NCBI GenBank assembly: GCA_031835245.2
Contig: JAVKOQ020000037.1
Location: forward strand, 248,001-279,833
Direction of reading: 5' to 3'
Source of the DNA: Balamuthia mandrillaris
Taxonomy: Eukaryota
Length of the DNA stretch: 31,833 nt
Part shown: positions 12,824 to 23,641 of the stretch, piece by piece
How the letters are laid out: each line of letters opens with the position of its first letter
Numbering within the stretch: the first letter of the stretch is position 1
Translations under genes and position numbers: made by a program
The notes under the pieces: model-generated
What the model was told of the DNA's origin: nothing
The model's database searches: none
The model's input: the letters and a program-made list of their open reading frames with translations, nothing else

Positions 12824-14478
12824 TTAAATGGAACAAAATGGCGGCCTTTCGGCACGAGGACCCCTGCAGTCGATGTCGTCATCTTCAATCTTGAGTCTGT
12901 CATGAGGGCTCTTGGGAGAGGCAGTCCCGGCAAGGAGTGCTTGGTAGTGATCCCAGGCGACATCGGCGGCAGCATCGCAAATCTCGAAGGAGGCTTCGAC
13001 GGACTTGGGGAAGTGCACTCCTCCGTTGATCCTGCTCTCGCCACAACTTTGCTTGAATTCCTCCAGGGTGGCCCAGGTGTAGGACAACTCTTGAGCAGGA
13101 AGGCCGGGCTCAATGACAGAGCTTCCCGCGGGGAATGTCCAGGTGTAGTTGAAGCTGTTCGCCTGCTCCTCACCGAACATACGGGTGAGAGCGCCAACCA
13201 TCGCAGTGCAGAAGCAAGCAGAGCCTGAGGGGAACTCGGAATGCTGCATCGTCTTGAGGTAGGACTGCCATTCGCGGCCCTTCATGACAACTGTGCCTTT
13301 ACCGGGTCCGCCCCAACCGAGGATGTTCTGATTATCCTTGAGGTAGCGAATAGCGGAGACAGGTCGCACAGAGTCGAACTTGAGCTTCTCACTCCAGGAA
13401 AGAATGGCGGCGTTCCAAAGGGCTGGGAACAAAAAAAAAAAAAAAAAGAAGAGGTTAGCAGGGAGGTTCCGCCAAGCATAAAGAAAAGTGAGGTGGAGAG
13501 CAACCAACCTTGATTCAAGTAGAAGTCGGTGTGAATAAGAGTCGAAAGGTCCATGTTGTTGGTCCTCACGAATCGTCCGAAGGGGAATGCCAAGGAATTC
13601 ACCTTGGTCTCGAAGTACTCGGCCAGGATCTTCTGGGTTTCGGTCAAGCCAGCAACCCTAGCCATGACGTCCTCCGCTTGTTGCTGGTAGGCAAAACGGT
13701 TTTTACGATGAGAGTAGGGGCGGAGGGTGGTGGCCGGGAGGTCGTAAACGTTGGAGAAGCCGAACCCAGCGGCGTAGCGAATCTGCGGCACAATGTGGGA
13801 CTGCACAGCCCACACGTCCAAGCCGTGCTGGAACATAAGGGGTTGGAATCTGTCGGGGTACTTCAACTTGTCGAAGGTGTTCACCGGGCGATAGTTGGTG
13901 TAGTCCAGGTACCTGCGCTGGTGGTGCTGGAAGCCCAGGTCCAGTTCGTCGCTTCCAGGAATGTCGCCCAGTTGGTTCATGCCGTCTTGGTGGGCAAAGT
14001 TGATGATGTCCTGACCTACTTTGGTTCCCACCCAGCGAGGCGTGCCCACCACAGGCTCGCCCTCCAGGGAGTAACCGAAGAAGTCCATGAGGCCGCGGAG
14101 CTTTGGCTCAAGCCCGGTCACCAGGTCGCTCATCACGTAGTAGGTGGCATAGCTGAGAGCCTCCTCCACGAGGGTGTCGTTGTGTCTCTCTTCCACGGGG
14201 CGGCGGTAGACGTCACCGCAAATGTAGCCCACGGCCACGTCCTGGTACTGAGCCCAGGCGTCGTACCAGGCCGTCGTTTGGTAAGCCGTGGCACGGAGCA
14301 AGTAGGGTGGCTCCAACAAGTCCCTCGGGGGTCCTCCCAAGGTTTGGATCCAACGGGCTATTACAGGGATGTTGTTACGTATGTACAGAAGGTCCTCCAC
14401 CGGTTGGGCGCTGGTGGGTGCTCCTGCAAGAAGGAGCAGCAAGGCGCCAAGCAGGACAAAGGAGAGCTTGGATGGCAT
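12824..14478 (-). CDS. Secreted vanadium-dependent haloperoxidase / PAP2-superfamily protein; 2 exons
   Basis: Exons 14478-13509 and 13422-12824 (intron 13423-13508, GTTGGT..CCAG). Signal peptide MPSKLSFVLLGALLLLLAGAPTSA. Three PAP2/VHPO motifs: EKLKFDSVRP (KxxxxxxRP-like), HSEFPSGS, SRINGGVHF. Confidence 0.85.
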
Positions 14479-15174
14479 TGTGTTATGTTACAGTATATGT
14501 GTTACAAGTTTTTTTGTACAGTGCAGAGAAGTGTGTGTAGGTTTGGTGTGGGAGGAAAAAAAAGGAATGGTGGTCCAACACACGTTTTTATACCCCGAAG
14601 GCCTGATCGGCGTATCCAGGAAGAACCGCATATTAATATTTTTCACTTCACCGCGCGACTTATACATGCGTTCAGGTCTCCAAGGGCACAAAAGCGAAAG
14701 TTTTCTATAGCAGTGAATCATCCGAAGCGGGGCCTAGTTACGAGGGAAAGATCAACGCTATATGGAATGCTGTTAATTCATTTGCTCGTTATATGGAAGG
14801 CATGCAATTCATTTATCGTGCGATCTCCTCGGTGATCACCACTTTTGTCAACATGCGCCTTTCATTCGGGGAAGTGCGTCGTGCAAGGCAGTTTAATGAA
14901 CGGCGGTGGACCAAGATAGGCATGGGTTGCGCAGCAGTGTGATGGAAAGCGCAGCCAATTTAGTCAAAGAACTTCCGTTAGCAGAGATAACGAACTGCAT
15001 CGCGTCATTGTTGTGTTTGCGGGTTAAATAGGGGTGATAAACAACTCTCTTGTGGCTTCGGTTTTTAGGGTAACGGAAGTAATGCGCTTACGACTGGTCA
15101 ATTCTCTTTTTTATCTTCGGTTTTATTTTACAAAATAAAACCAGGCACACTCTACACGCGCACACTCAGACCCC

Positions 15175-17679
15175 ATGGCATTACAATTGGGTAGGTTCTC
15201 GCTCCGGTTGTGGGCTCTGCTCGTCCTGGCCGTTGTTCTGTTTTTTGCCCAAGGCATCACCGCACAAACGTCAGGGACTTGTGTCCCTTTCGAAGGAAAA
15301 CCCATCCTGTGCTCCCAGTACATCGGTTCGTGCTTTCCCGTTCTTTTTTTTATTTCATCTTTGTTCTTTTGTTGTTGCTCACCCAACCGACCCTTGTTCA
15401 TTTTTTTTCCTTGTTCTTTGCTTTTTATGTGACCGTTTTGCAGAAGAAGGAACCCCTATTTTCATTCCCGACGGCTTGACCCAAGAATGGCTGCAAACGT
15501 TCACCAGTCAATACATTAATCCTCTGACGGTTTACGCGAACGGCGAGTTGCAAAGACCCTGCAGGTTGACATCCCTTCTTAAGTGTCCCATTTGAAAGCA
15601 AGGAGCAACGGTTCTCACCTTTCCTTTCGTTTCTTCAAAAAAAAATACCAGAGCTTCTGTCATTCCTATGTCTTGTGCCACCTCTTTTAGGCCTTGCGTA
15701 CAGGACGCCCAAGGTTCGGCTGCTTTTTCTCTTTTTCTGTTTCTTTCTTTGTGGGTGAGGAGTTAATCCCTTCCGGTACACCTCAACAGGGAACTATTTG
15801 CCCATTCCTGAACAAACATGCAACTACAATTGTGCCCAATTCAGTTCGTATCGCTCTTCTCTTTTCTCACCCACAAGGACTTGAGCGCTTACTTTCTCTC
15901 CTCTCTTTTCCATCTCTTTTGCCTGTTCCTCATAAAGTGGAGATCTGCGCTCCTCTATATGAGAAAGTTTTGGTCAACACGGCTCCGGGAAAGAACTTTT
16001 ACTTGCCTTATAACTTCACCGAGATAGGGTTCGCCTGCAACGTAACATCCGAGTATTCTCCGATCCCTCTCTTCCCCGAAGGAAACTACTCTCAACCCAT
16101 CGATAACAACGGGACGACCGTTGAGGTCGAATGCAATCGTTACAGTACGCATCCATTCACTTTTCATATATATTTGCAACTTACCTTGTTGTTTTGCTTA
16201 TTGAAGGCTTAGAGCTGCAACTTCTTTGCGCGGACCCCTTACAAAGAGTGGATGCCTCCTGTGTCTTTGTGTGTCCGCTTCCCAGTCTGACAGACGAGGA
16301 GTATGATGCCGTTCAAATCCTGCAATCCCTGTTTGGCTGGTTGAGTTACCTTGGCAGCCTCTTCATCATTGCCTCCTATTTTTTGCATCCGAAGTTGAGG
16401 ACTTTTCCTTCAAACATGGTGGCCATGACTTGCCTGAGCGCCCATATCTCTGCCTTTGCATTCATTCTTCCCACCTTTGCCGGTTCGTCTTTCTTTTTTG
16501 TATCCACAACAATCGCAACCACCCCAGTCTCCTCATTTTCCGTTGAACAACAGGCTATAAGGAAGTATGGTGCGGTGGAGATGAAGAAGCCTACACCAGC
16601 ACTACCACCGACGAGCACAACGGGCGAACCCAAGATTATTCTCCTGACTACGAAGAATTGTCCATGAGCAGCCCATTGTGCACTTTCCAAGGTGTGGTTC
16701 TTCAATATGGCTTCGAAACAGGCACGTTTTGGTGAGTATCTTTTGCTCTCTTGCTTTTTTTTTCTCCACACTATTCCTCTTACTTGCATACTGTCTGGAT
16801 GGTCAGGTGGTGCTTGATCGCCGTGAATATGGCAGTGCAGTTGATATGGGGCGCCAAAAAGACGCAGAACAAAAGATTGCAGAACATCCTTCAAATCGTG
16901 TATCATATCCTTGCTTGGGGCATTCCAGCACTGTTAGTTCTCATCCCCCTCGCCGCTGATAAGTTTTACTTCGAAGCCTCGGGCACCTTGTGAGTATCTG
17001 CTCCCTCGATTGTGGTTCCTCCTTTCTAACCTGCTGGCACGTTTCAGCTGTTTCGTCTCTTCAGAACACGATTTGGCGTGGCAACTGTCTGTTTGGTTCA
17101 TTCCTGTGGCTCTGCTGCTTTTCGTGGGCACCATCTGCTTCAGCATCAGTATGTTCATGTTGTTACGCCTGACCTTCATAGCGGGCAATAACTCCAAGCA
17201 GAGGTTCAATACCTGCATTGTCTACCTTCGTCTTATCCTCTTCGTGTCCGTGTTCCTCTTGATCTACGCCTTCATCTTTGCCCATCGCATCGTGATCTCC
17301 TCCAACAAGAGCGCCATCGAAGATACTTACAGGGAGTATTACAACTGCCTCTTCATGGAGCTGTCAGATTGCAAGCTCGGCGAGGATGCTCGCAACTTCC
17401 CTTTGGTGCTGTTGCGAGCTTTGGCCTATTCCACCTTGGGTTTCTGCCTCTTCTTCGTGTTCTTCAACATGGAATGCCTCTACGTGTGGAGGACGTTATT
17501 CTTCCATCTCATCAGGGGAGAGTTCACGCTTTCCGGCCTGAGGTCCTCGACCTCCAGCGCTCCGGGCAGTCATTCCAGGAGAAGGGGCAAGGGCGGCAAG
17601 AAAGCAAACATGTTGGACACCACCATGAGCGGTTAGTTGTTGAATCCAACCCTCTCCCTTCTCTTCGACCCCTTCCTGA

Positions 17680-17730
<51 letters not shown>

Positions 17731-17768
17731 CAGATCTGGGCGATGACGACCAAGAAGAGCGCTCCTGA
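15175..17768 (+). CDS. Frizzled/Smoothened-like 7TM receptor (signal peptide, Cys-rich domain, 7TM); 10 exons
   Basis: Exons 15175-15325, 15444-15564, 15652-15713, 15790-15843, 15938-16144, 16207-16482, 16554-16731, 16807-16989, 17048-17631, 17734-17768, all in frame. Cys-rich ectodomain, then CVFVCPLP, LRTFPS, CTFQG..FWWCLIA, YHILAWGIP, FCFV, LRLILF, typical of amoebozoan Fsl-type receptors. Confidence 0.88.
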
Positions 17769-17937
17769 GCAACTCGCAAAGAACAACCAACCAACCAAGA
17801 ACACAACAGTATACAGCTGCTGTAGTATATATATATTTATCGATTTTCCTTCCAATTCGCATTCGAGATTTTTCCAAACAAAACACAGTTTTTTTCTGCT
17901 TTCTTTTTTTTTATAGCGTTAGATGGTTTAAAAGCTG

Positions 17938-18400
17938 TTAGAAAGAAAGTAAACCGGAGAGATGGAGATACCACCCAACGCCACCACACAGGACAACTAT
18001 CACCACAAACAAAGCCAACAGCATCCACCAACGTGCTCTTCCTCCGTTCTCCTTCTTTTCCGCCTGCTTCCATTTTTTGCTCGTTCTTTTGTGTTGCATT
18101 TGTTTCGGTCGCTTTGCCACAACAGAATCGTTCTGTCCTCCTCCGTCTGCTCCTGCTTGTTGCTGCGTTCTTCTCTTGCGTAGCTCGGCCTCCTCCTTTT
18201 CTTTTTCCTGCTTCAGTCTTCGGCACTCCTGATCGCAGGAGAGCAAAGCGTTGAACACTTGCATCACTTTATCTCTCTTTGTTCTTTGTCCTTGTTCCAT
18301 TCCTATTTATGTAAACAATGAAAAGAGAAACAATCAACACAACAAAGAAAGATAGAAAAGAATCGAACGAAGAAGAGAAGATAACAAGGAAAACGAGACA

Positions 18401-18433
<33 letters not shown>

Positions 18434-21400
18434 GAGAAGGGAAAAGAAAGAGGTTACCAATCATGTTCGGTTTGACAGTGATGCCCCTCTTATTTCGTTC
18501 CAGCTGGGCCTTTTGACACTCCCACTCCTCCACTAGCCTTCCACATGGGCACTTGACTTTGGTCTTCTTCTTGCAAGTATCAGCCTCTGGGCATTCTCCC
18601 TTGTGACAAACCGCCGAACAAAGATGAGTGCAATTCGGCATCAGCTTTTTGCAAATATTGTTGCAGCACAGTAGTTTATCCAACGATGTAGATTCGTCTT
18701 TTGATGATGAAGAAGAGGATAACGAAGGGGAAGAGGAAGAAGTGAGTTCGTAACAAAAGATAAACTTGGGTTTGATGCCGCAGTGACAGCGTTTTTGGAT
18801 GGTGGCCTCGCAGGGAGGGCATGGCCCGGGATGACAGGGCAAAGGGCATGCATGAGAGCATCCTTCTGGACGCGGTTTGATGCATGCTTTCTTGCATTTC
18901 TTGCAAGCGTCTTCTTTTTGTTCTTTTTCTTCTTCGTTCTCTTTCCCTTTTTCTGTGTCGCTCTGTTCGTTTTGAAGCGGAACAACTTGAAGGACGAGTC
19001 CAGAGGCGTCATCTTTGAGTTGGATACGAGGCCGAGTAATAGTGTGGCAGGGGAGAGTGCAGCGATGATTGCCGCATTCTAATGGGTTGTCGCATTTGTT
19101 GCCACATTGGAACTCTTTCTCGCCGCTGCATACGATTGCTCTTATCTTTGTATTTTCGATTGTTAGTATGTTTGGCTTATAACGACAAAGAGTGAAAGAG
19201 AAGTTAGGGGAGGTTTAGACAGGGAAGAGACTAGAGCCAAAGTAACAAAGAGACGAGGATACATACAGCATGTTTGCCTAGACAAGCGCGTTGCACGATG
19301 ACGGGGCAAGGAGGACACTGGACTTGCTCCACCGGAATGGGCGTTGGCAAAGGCGGAGGTGTCCAGTTCTTCTTTCGTTTCTTGCGTGGGTTGTAGGGAG
19401 AGGTTGGTGGTGGCAGTGGGTCATGGCAAGGTAGTTTGCAGGAGTGCTCACAGTCCTTATAGCGCACATCACAGGTTTTTTTGCATGGGGGACAGTCACC
19501 GTAATGACATCGATGAGTCTGATACAATACAGAGATTAGTGGAGCAAAGAAGAAAGCGGAAAAGAAGAAAGATGAAACCTCTCGTTTCTTGTGATGGCAG
19601 GAAGGAGGAATCCGGCATGCTTTTCTGCACTTAGGAGGTTCAGTGAATAGTTCAGCCCCGCAGGGCACCCTTCGCACGGTGGCACCGCACCTACAGGATA
19701 TGTCCGCCGTCAGTGGACACGGCAAACAATCTCCTCTATGACAAGTAGTCTCGCAACGGTGATTTTTGCATTGTAATTTCCTGCTGCACAACTTGTTTTG
19801 CGTGTTAGATAAAGCAAAAGAGGAGAGCACAACAAAGCAGAGAGAAGAGAGGAAGATATACTTCTTGACAGGGAGGACAATCGCCCAAGCAACACCTGCG
19901 CTTGCACTGATGTTTTCCGCAATTGCGCAAGTTCTGACACTTTCGTTCGCAAATGTATTCTTGGCTGCATTGCATCAATTTAGAGGAGCGTCCACATCTG
20001 CACGTTTTGTTCTATTTATGGACGTGTGACATGAACAGCAAGCAAATTAGAGTAGGTGTGTTCCAACAACATCTAGTGCAAGTAAAAAAGGAAAGTAAGA
20101 AAGAAAGGAATAAAGAAAGACAACACGAACCACCATCAGGCGGCAAGGAGGACATTCGCCATTATGACAACGCTCGATACAGTTATGTTGGCCACAACTG
20201 AGCATCTAATAACAGGTTTGTCAAAAATAAGCATCTCATGTTTGCAATGATGTGGTTTCTAACAAACCTTGTTGCAAGTATCACCACAAGAAGGTACTTT
20301 TTGAGTACACGGTAAGTTGAACGTTTGTTTGCCACACTGTGAATGTTCAAAATAAATGAAAGGTAAGGTAAAGCGAGCGCATGGGGAATGAGGAAAAGAG
20401 AGAATGCTTACGGGACATAACCGAGGGCCTGATTGCGGACAACCATCACAGTCGCCAGCATGACACACCTAATCAAAAAACAAAACATCAAACCCAACAT
20501 CAAACAAGTCAGAACTCTCTTTTCTAAAAGTATACCTTTTGGCACTTATGATGGCCACAGGAAAGTGGTCGCCCGCAAACCTGTCCACACTGAAAGTCCA
20601 ACTGATGACAAGGTCTCACCTCCTCCTTCCTTCCACACCTGCACCGCCGCTTGCTCCTCTGCTGACAGGGCGGACAGGCGCCCGGATGACACACCTCAGC
20701 GCAGCTGTGTTGGCCACAGGGCAGCATGGCATCGCACAACTCCCCGCAGGACCATTCTCGGCGGCAGCAGCGGCGTGGCTCCTCGTCTTGACCGCAGTGA
20801 CAGGGCGCGGCTTCTATTGTGGCAGGACAGGGAGGGCAAGGGCCTGGATGACAGAGGAGAGTACATTCGTGGTCGCAATTTTGCAATTTTTTGCCGCATC
20901 GTTGTCCGCACTAATTGCAAGAAAGAGGGAGAGAGTGAGCGTGTATGAGAGAAGAGAGAAGAGAGAGAAGAGAGAAGAAGAACAACAACAACAACAACTA
21001 CAACAAGAGAGAGAGAGAGGGAGAGAGAGAGAGAGAAGAGAAAGAGAGAAGAAGAAGAACAACAACAACAACAACTACAACAAGAGAGAGAGAGAGAGAG
21101 AGAGAATAACAGAAAAATTAAAGCAGAAGAGTAGATGTTTAGGATGGAAGAAAAGTTACGCACCGAATGGGGCGTGGTCCACAAGTCATTTTCCGGAGAA
21201 ACGGTTTTTCCACAAAAGCAATAGTACTCCATCGGAGTGTCAGATGGCTGATATGACTTTCTACAATTTGGGCTATTGACGATATGATCAGAAAGAGAGA
21301 AGGAACATGGATGAGAAGAGAAGGACGAAACGGTAGGAGAAGAGATAAGCAAGTACCAAGGCCAAAAAGCACCAGACTTTGCATCAGCGTTTTGGTTCAG

Positions 21401-22454
21401 CTCAGCTAAAGCGTGTTGGTCCACCTTGGTTCGCGCCCACTTTTGAATACATAGCAAATGGAAGACACGATAGCAGCCACCAGTCTCTTGCAGTGTGCCA
21501 CACTGCCAAATTGCAGCTGCTCTTGCTATCTATAGTTTTTGTCAGTTGAAAGTATCACAATAGAGAAGAAAGATAAGCGAGAAGAAAGAGAACCTTCTTA
21601 AAACAAATCATACACAACACGTTGGCAGTGTCCCTTATCCTTTCCACAGTGGACATGGTGTCCACATCCATCGCTAAGCCGCCTTGGTCCTCTCCTCCTT
21701 GCAACAGCTGCTCATACCCTTTCAACGTGGAAGCAGCAATGGACCGATACGTCTCCTCCTCTTCATCGTCATCATCGTCCTCAAGCTCCTCCTCATCAGA
21801 GTCCTCTCCTCCTTCTCCATGCTCCTCCTTCTCCACTTGTATGTGCTTAAACTTCTCGACGGAGAGACGAAGGTTGGCTTGCATACGTTCCATGACTTCC
21901 TTTTGCCGCTGCAGAGCTCTTTCTTGGAGGAGACGCTCCTCCTCTTCTCTCTCCTCTGGCGTGAGCTCTTTCTCCTTCCTCTTCTCTTGTTCTCTGGGTG
22001 GTTGTTTCTGTTTTTGTGGTTGTTGTTGTGGTCTTCTCTCCGAAGAAGAAGAAGAAAAAGAATGGTGTTGATGGTGAGAAGTTCTGTTGCTGTGCTGCTG
22101 AGATGATCTCGCTGCCACGTTTTTGCCTCCTCTTCCTCCTTCTCTACTACTTCTTTGATGTTTTTGAGAAGAAGATGTAGAGCCCGTAGAAGAAGAAGCA
22201 GAGGAAGAAGCAGGTGCAGATGATGAAACAGTAGAGGCAAAACTGGTCGTCGAGGAGGGAGTGGCTCCTCCTCTGCCAGCAGCCACCGCCAAGGAAAACG
22301 GGTTAGAGCGGCGCTCCTCCGCCTTTTTGAACCACACGTTGGCGCGAGGTTGGGCCTCTTGGGCAGCAGGAGAAGACGAAGAGGAGGGCGGTTGTCCTGC
22401 TGCACTAGTTCCATGCTGCTGAGGCTGCCTGGCGCCAGCGCTCCCTTTCTTCAT
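17938..22454 (-). CDS. NFXL1: NF-X1-type zinc finger protein NFXL1-like (RING/PHD-like finger, NF-X1 Zn fingers, C-terminal TM); 12 exons
   Basis: Exons 22454-21594, 21529-21357, 21272-21164, 20910-20536, 20468-20412, 20336-20268, 20205-20131, 20011-19862, 19791-19579, 19518-19267, 19145-18458, 18302-17938. [41 protein letters not shown], many [13 protein letters not shown] repeats, coiled coil and a terminal hydrophobic helix. Confidence 0.92.
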
Positions 22455-22790
22455 GTTGTCTCTCCGTCTGTCCCCCCCTCTCTCTCTCCCCGTGTGTCTT
22501 TCTTGTCTGTGTAGTGTGTGTCGCTACGTTTTTTTTTTTTTTGGTTTGGGTCAGAAATTCTGCTCCATTTTAGGTTCAAAGGGGGAGCCATACCTAATAG
22601 CTTGAATTGTTGTCGACGAACACGTGGGTGATGACGTGTTGCAACCGGAAAAAAAAGGTCAACGATGACCATACCCTGTGTTGTCATCGGGAGTCGAACC
22701 AAGGGCGACCGAACCACATCAGCGTTACAATGATCTAAAGATTTTATTTATTTTTTTTTTTGGGTGAAGTAATTTTGGCAGAAGCATCGG

Positions 22791-23609
22791 ATGATGGAGG
22801 GTGCTGCTGCTGCTGGTGCCATTTGGGGCAGCTGGTTCGATGCTCTTCCTGTGGAAATACAGGCCAACATTTTTGGGGTCCTGGACGCGCCCGACCTGGG
22901 CCGCTGCTCGCTCGTCTGTTCTGCCTGGCACCGCCTCTGCTCCGACGAGCTCCTCTGGAAGCTGCTCTTTGCGCGCGATTTTGGGGACGAGGAGGGCGGC
23001 GAGGACCTTCCCCCCACCAAAGACCGAAGCTGGAGGAAGCTCTACGAAGAGTGCAGCAGCACCGTTGGCACCCTCCACGTCACCATGAACCGCGGCAGCG
23101 TGGAGTCCAGCTGCAGCTGGCGGCCTGAGAACGTCTACGCCGAGGTGCAAGTGGAGAGCACAAGGAGAAACCAGGTTCCGCTTCGCTGCCAAAAGACCAA
23201 AGGAAAGGGCGACTCCCTGTACCCGGTCTATGAGAGGACCTTTGTCTTTCCGAGGGTGGACCTCCGCCGGGACTTGTTGCGGATCAGGCAGCCCGACTAT
23301 GCCAGCTGGAGGACCTATGGCTATCGTGAGTTTCAGGGCGAAGAGCTATTGCAGCTTTGTGGCTTTCGAGAGGAGAAGGCAGGAGGAAGAGGGGTTAGAG
23401 TAAGAAGATGGAAGAAAGAGGCACGGAGAGAGGAGTTTGAGCTGTGCGCAAAAGAGGATTGGTACATCCAGCGCAATACGTTGGATGTTACGTTCTTCTT
23501 TGTGAGTGGCGGAGGAGGAAGGAGAAAGAACGCGGAGGAGAAGGAAAATGAGCAAACCAACAATGGAGGACGAAGACGAAACAGAAGAAGAGGGCACAGT
23601 AGTAAATAA
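22791..23609 (+). CDS. Intronless F-box protein with probable C2-like beta-sandwich
   Basis: F-box FDALPVEIQANIFGVLDAPDLGRCSLVCSAWHRLCSDELLWK..SWRKLY, followed by GTLHVTM..NVYAEVQV..QKTK..SLYPVYERTFVF, which resembles C2 strands. The C2 call is weaker than the F-box call. Confidence 0.8.
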   Translation: MMEGAAAAGAIWGSWFDALPVEIQANIFGVLDAPDLGRCSLVCSAWHRLCSDELLWKLLFARDFGDEEGGEDLPPTKDRSWRKLYEECSSTVGTLHVTMNRGSVESSCSWRPENVYAEVQVESTRRNQVPLRCQKTKGKGDSLYPVYERTFVFPRVDLRRDLLRIRQPDYASWRTYGYREFQGEELLQLCGFREEKAGGRGVRVRRWKKEARREEFELCAKEDWYIQRNTLDVTFFFVSGGGGRRKNAEEKENEQTNNGGRRRNRRRGHSSK

Positions 23610-23641
23610 ATGAGGAAGGTCAAACAAGACCTTCTTTTCTT

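Noticed and set aside
13510..14835. 441-aa plus-strand ORF
   Set aside because: Antisense to the GC-rich haloperoxidase-like exon, with no recognisable motifs; expected from codon bias.
14925..14956. Hairpin GGTTGCGC..GCGCAGCC in the divergent spacer (tRNA/SECIS?)
   Set aside because: Only an 8-bp stem, with no cloverleaf, T-loop or SECIS core, and it lies upstream of genes rather than in a 3' UTR.
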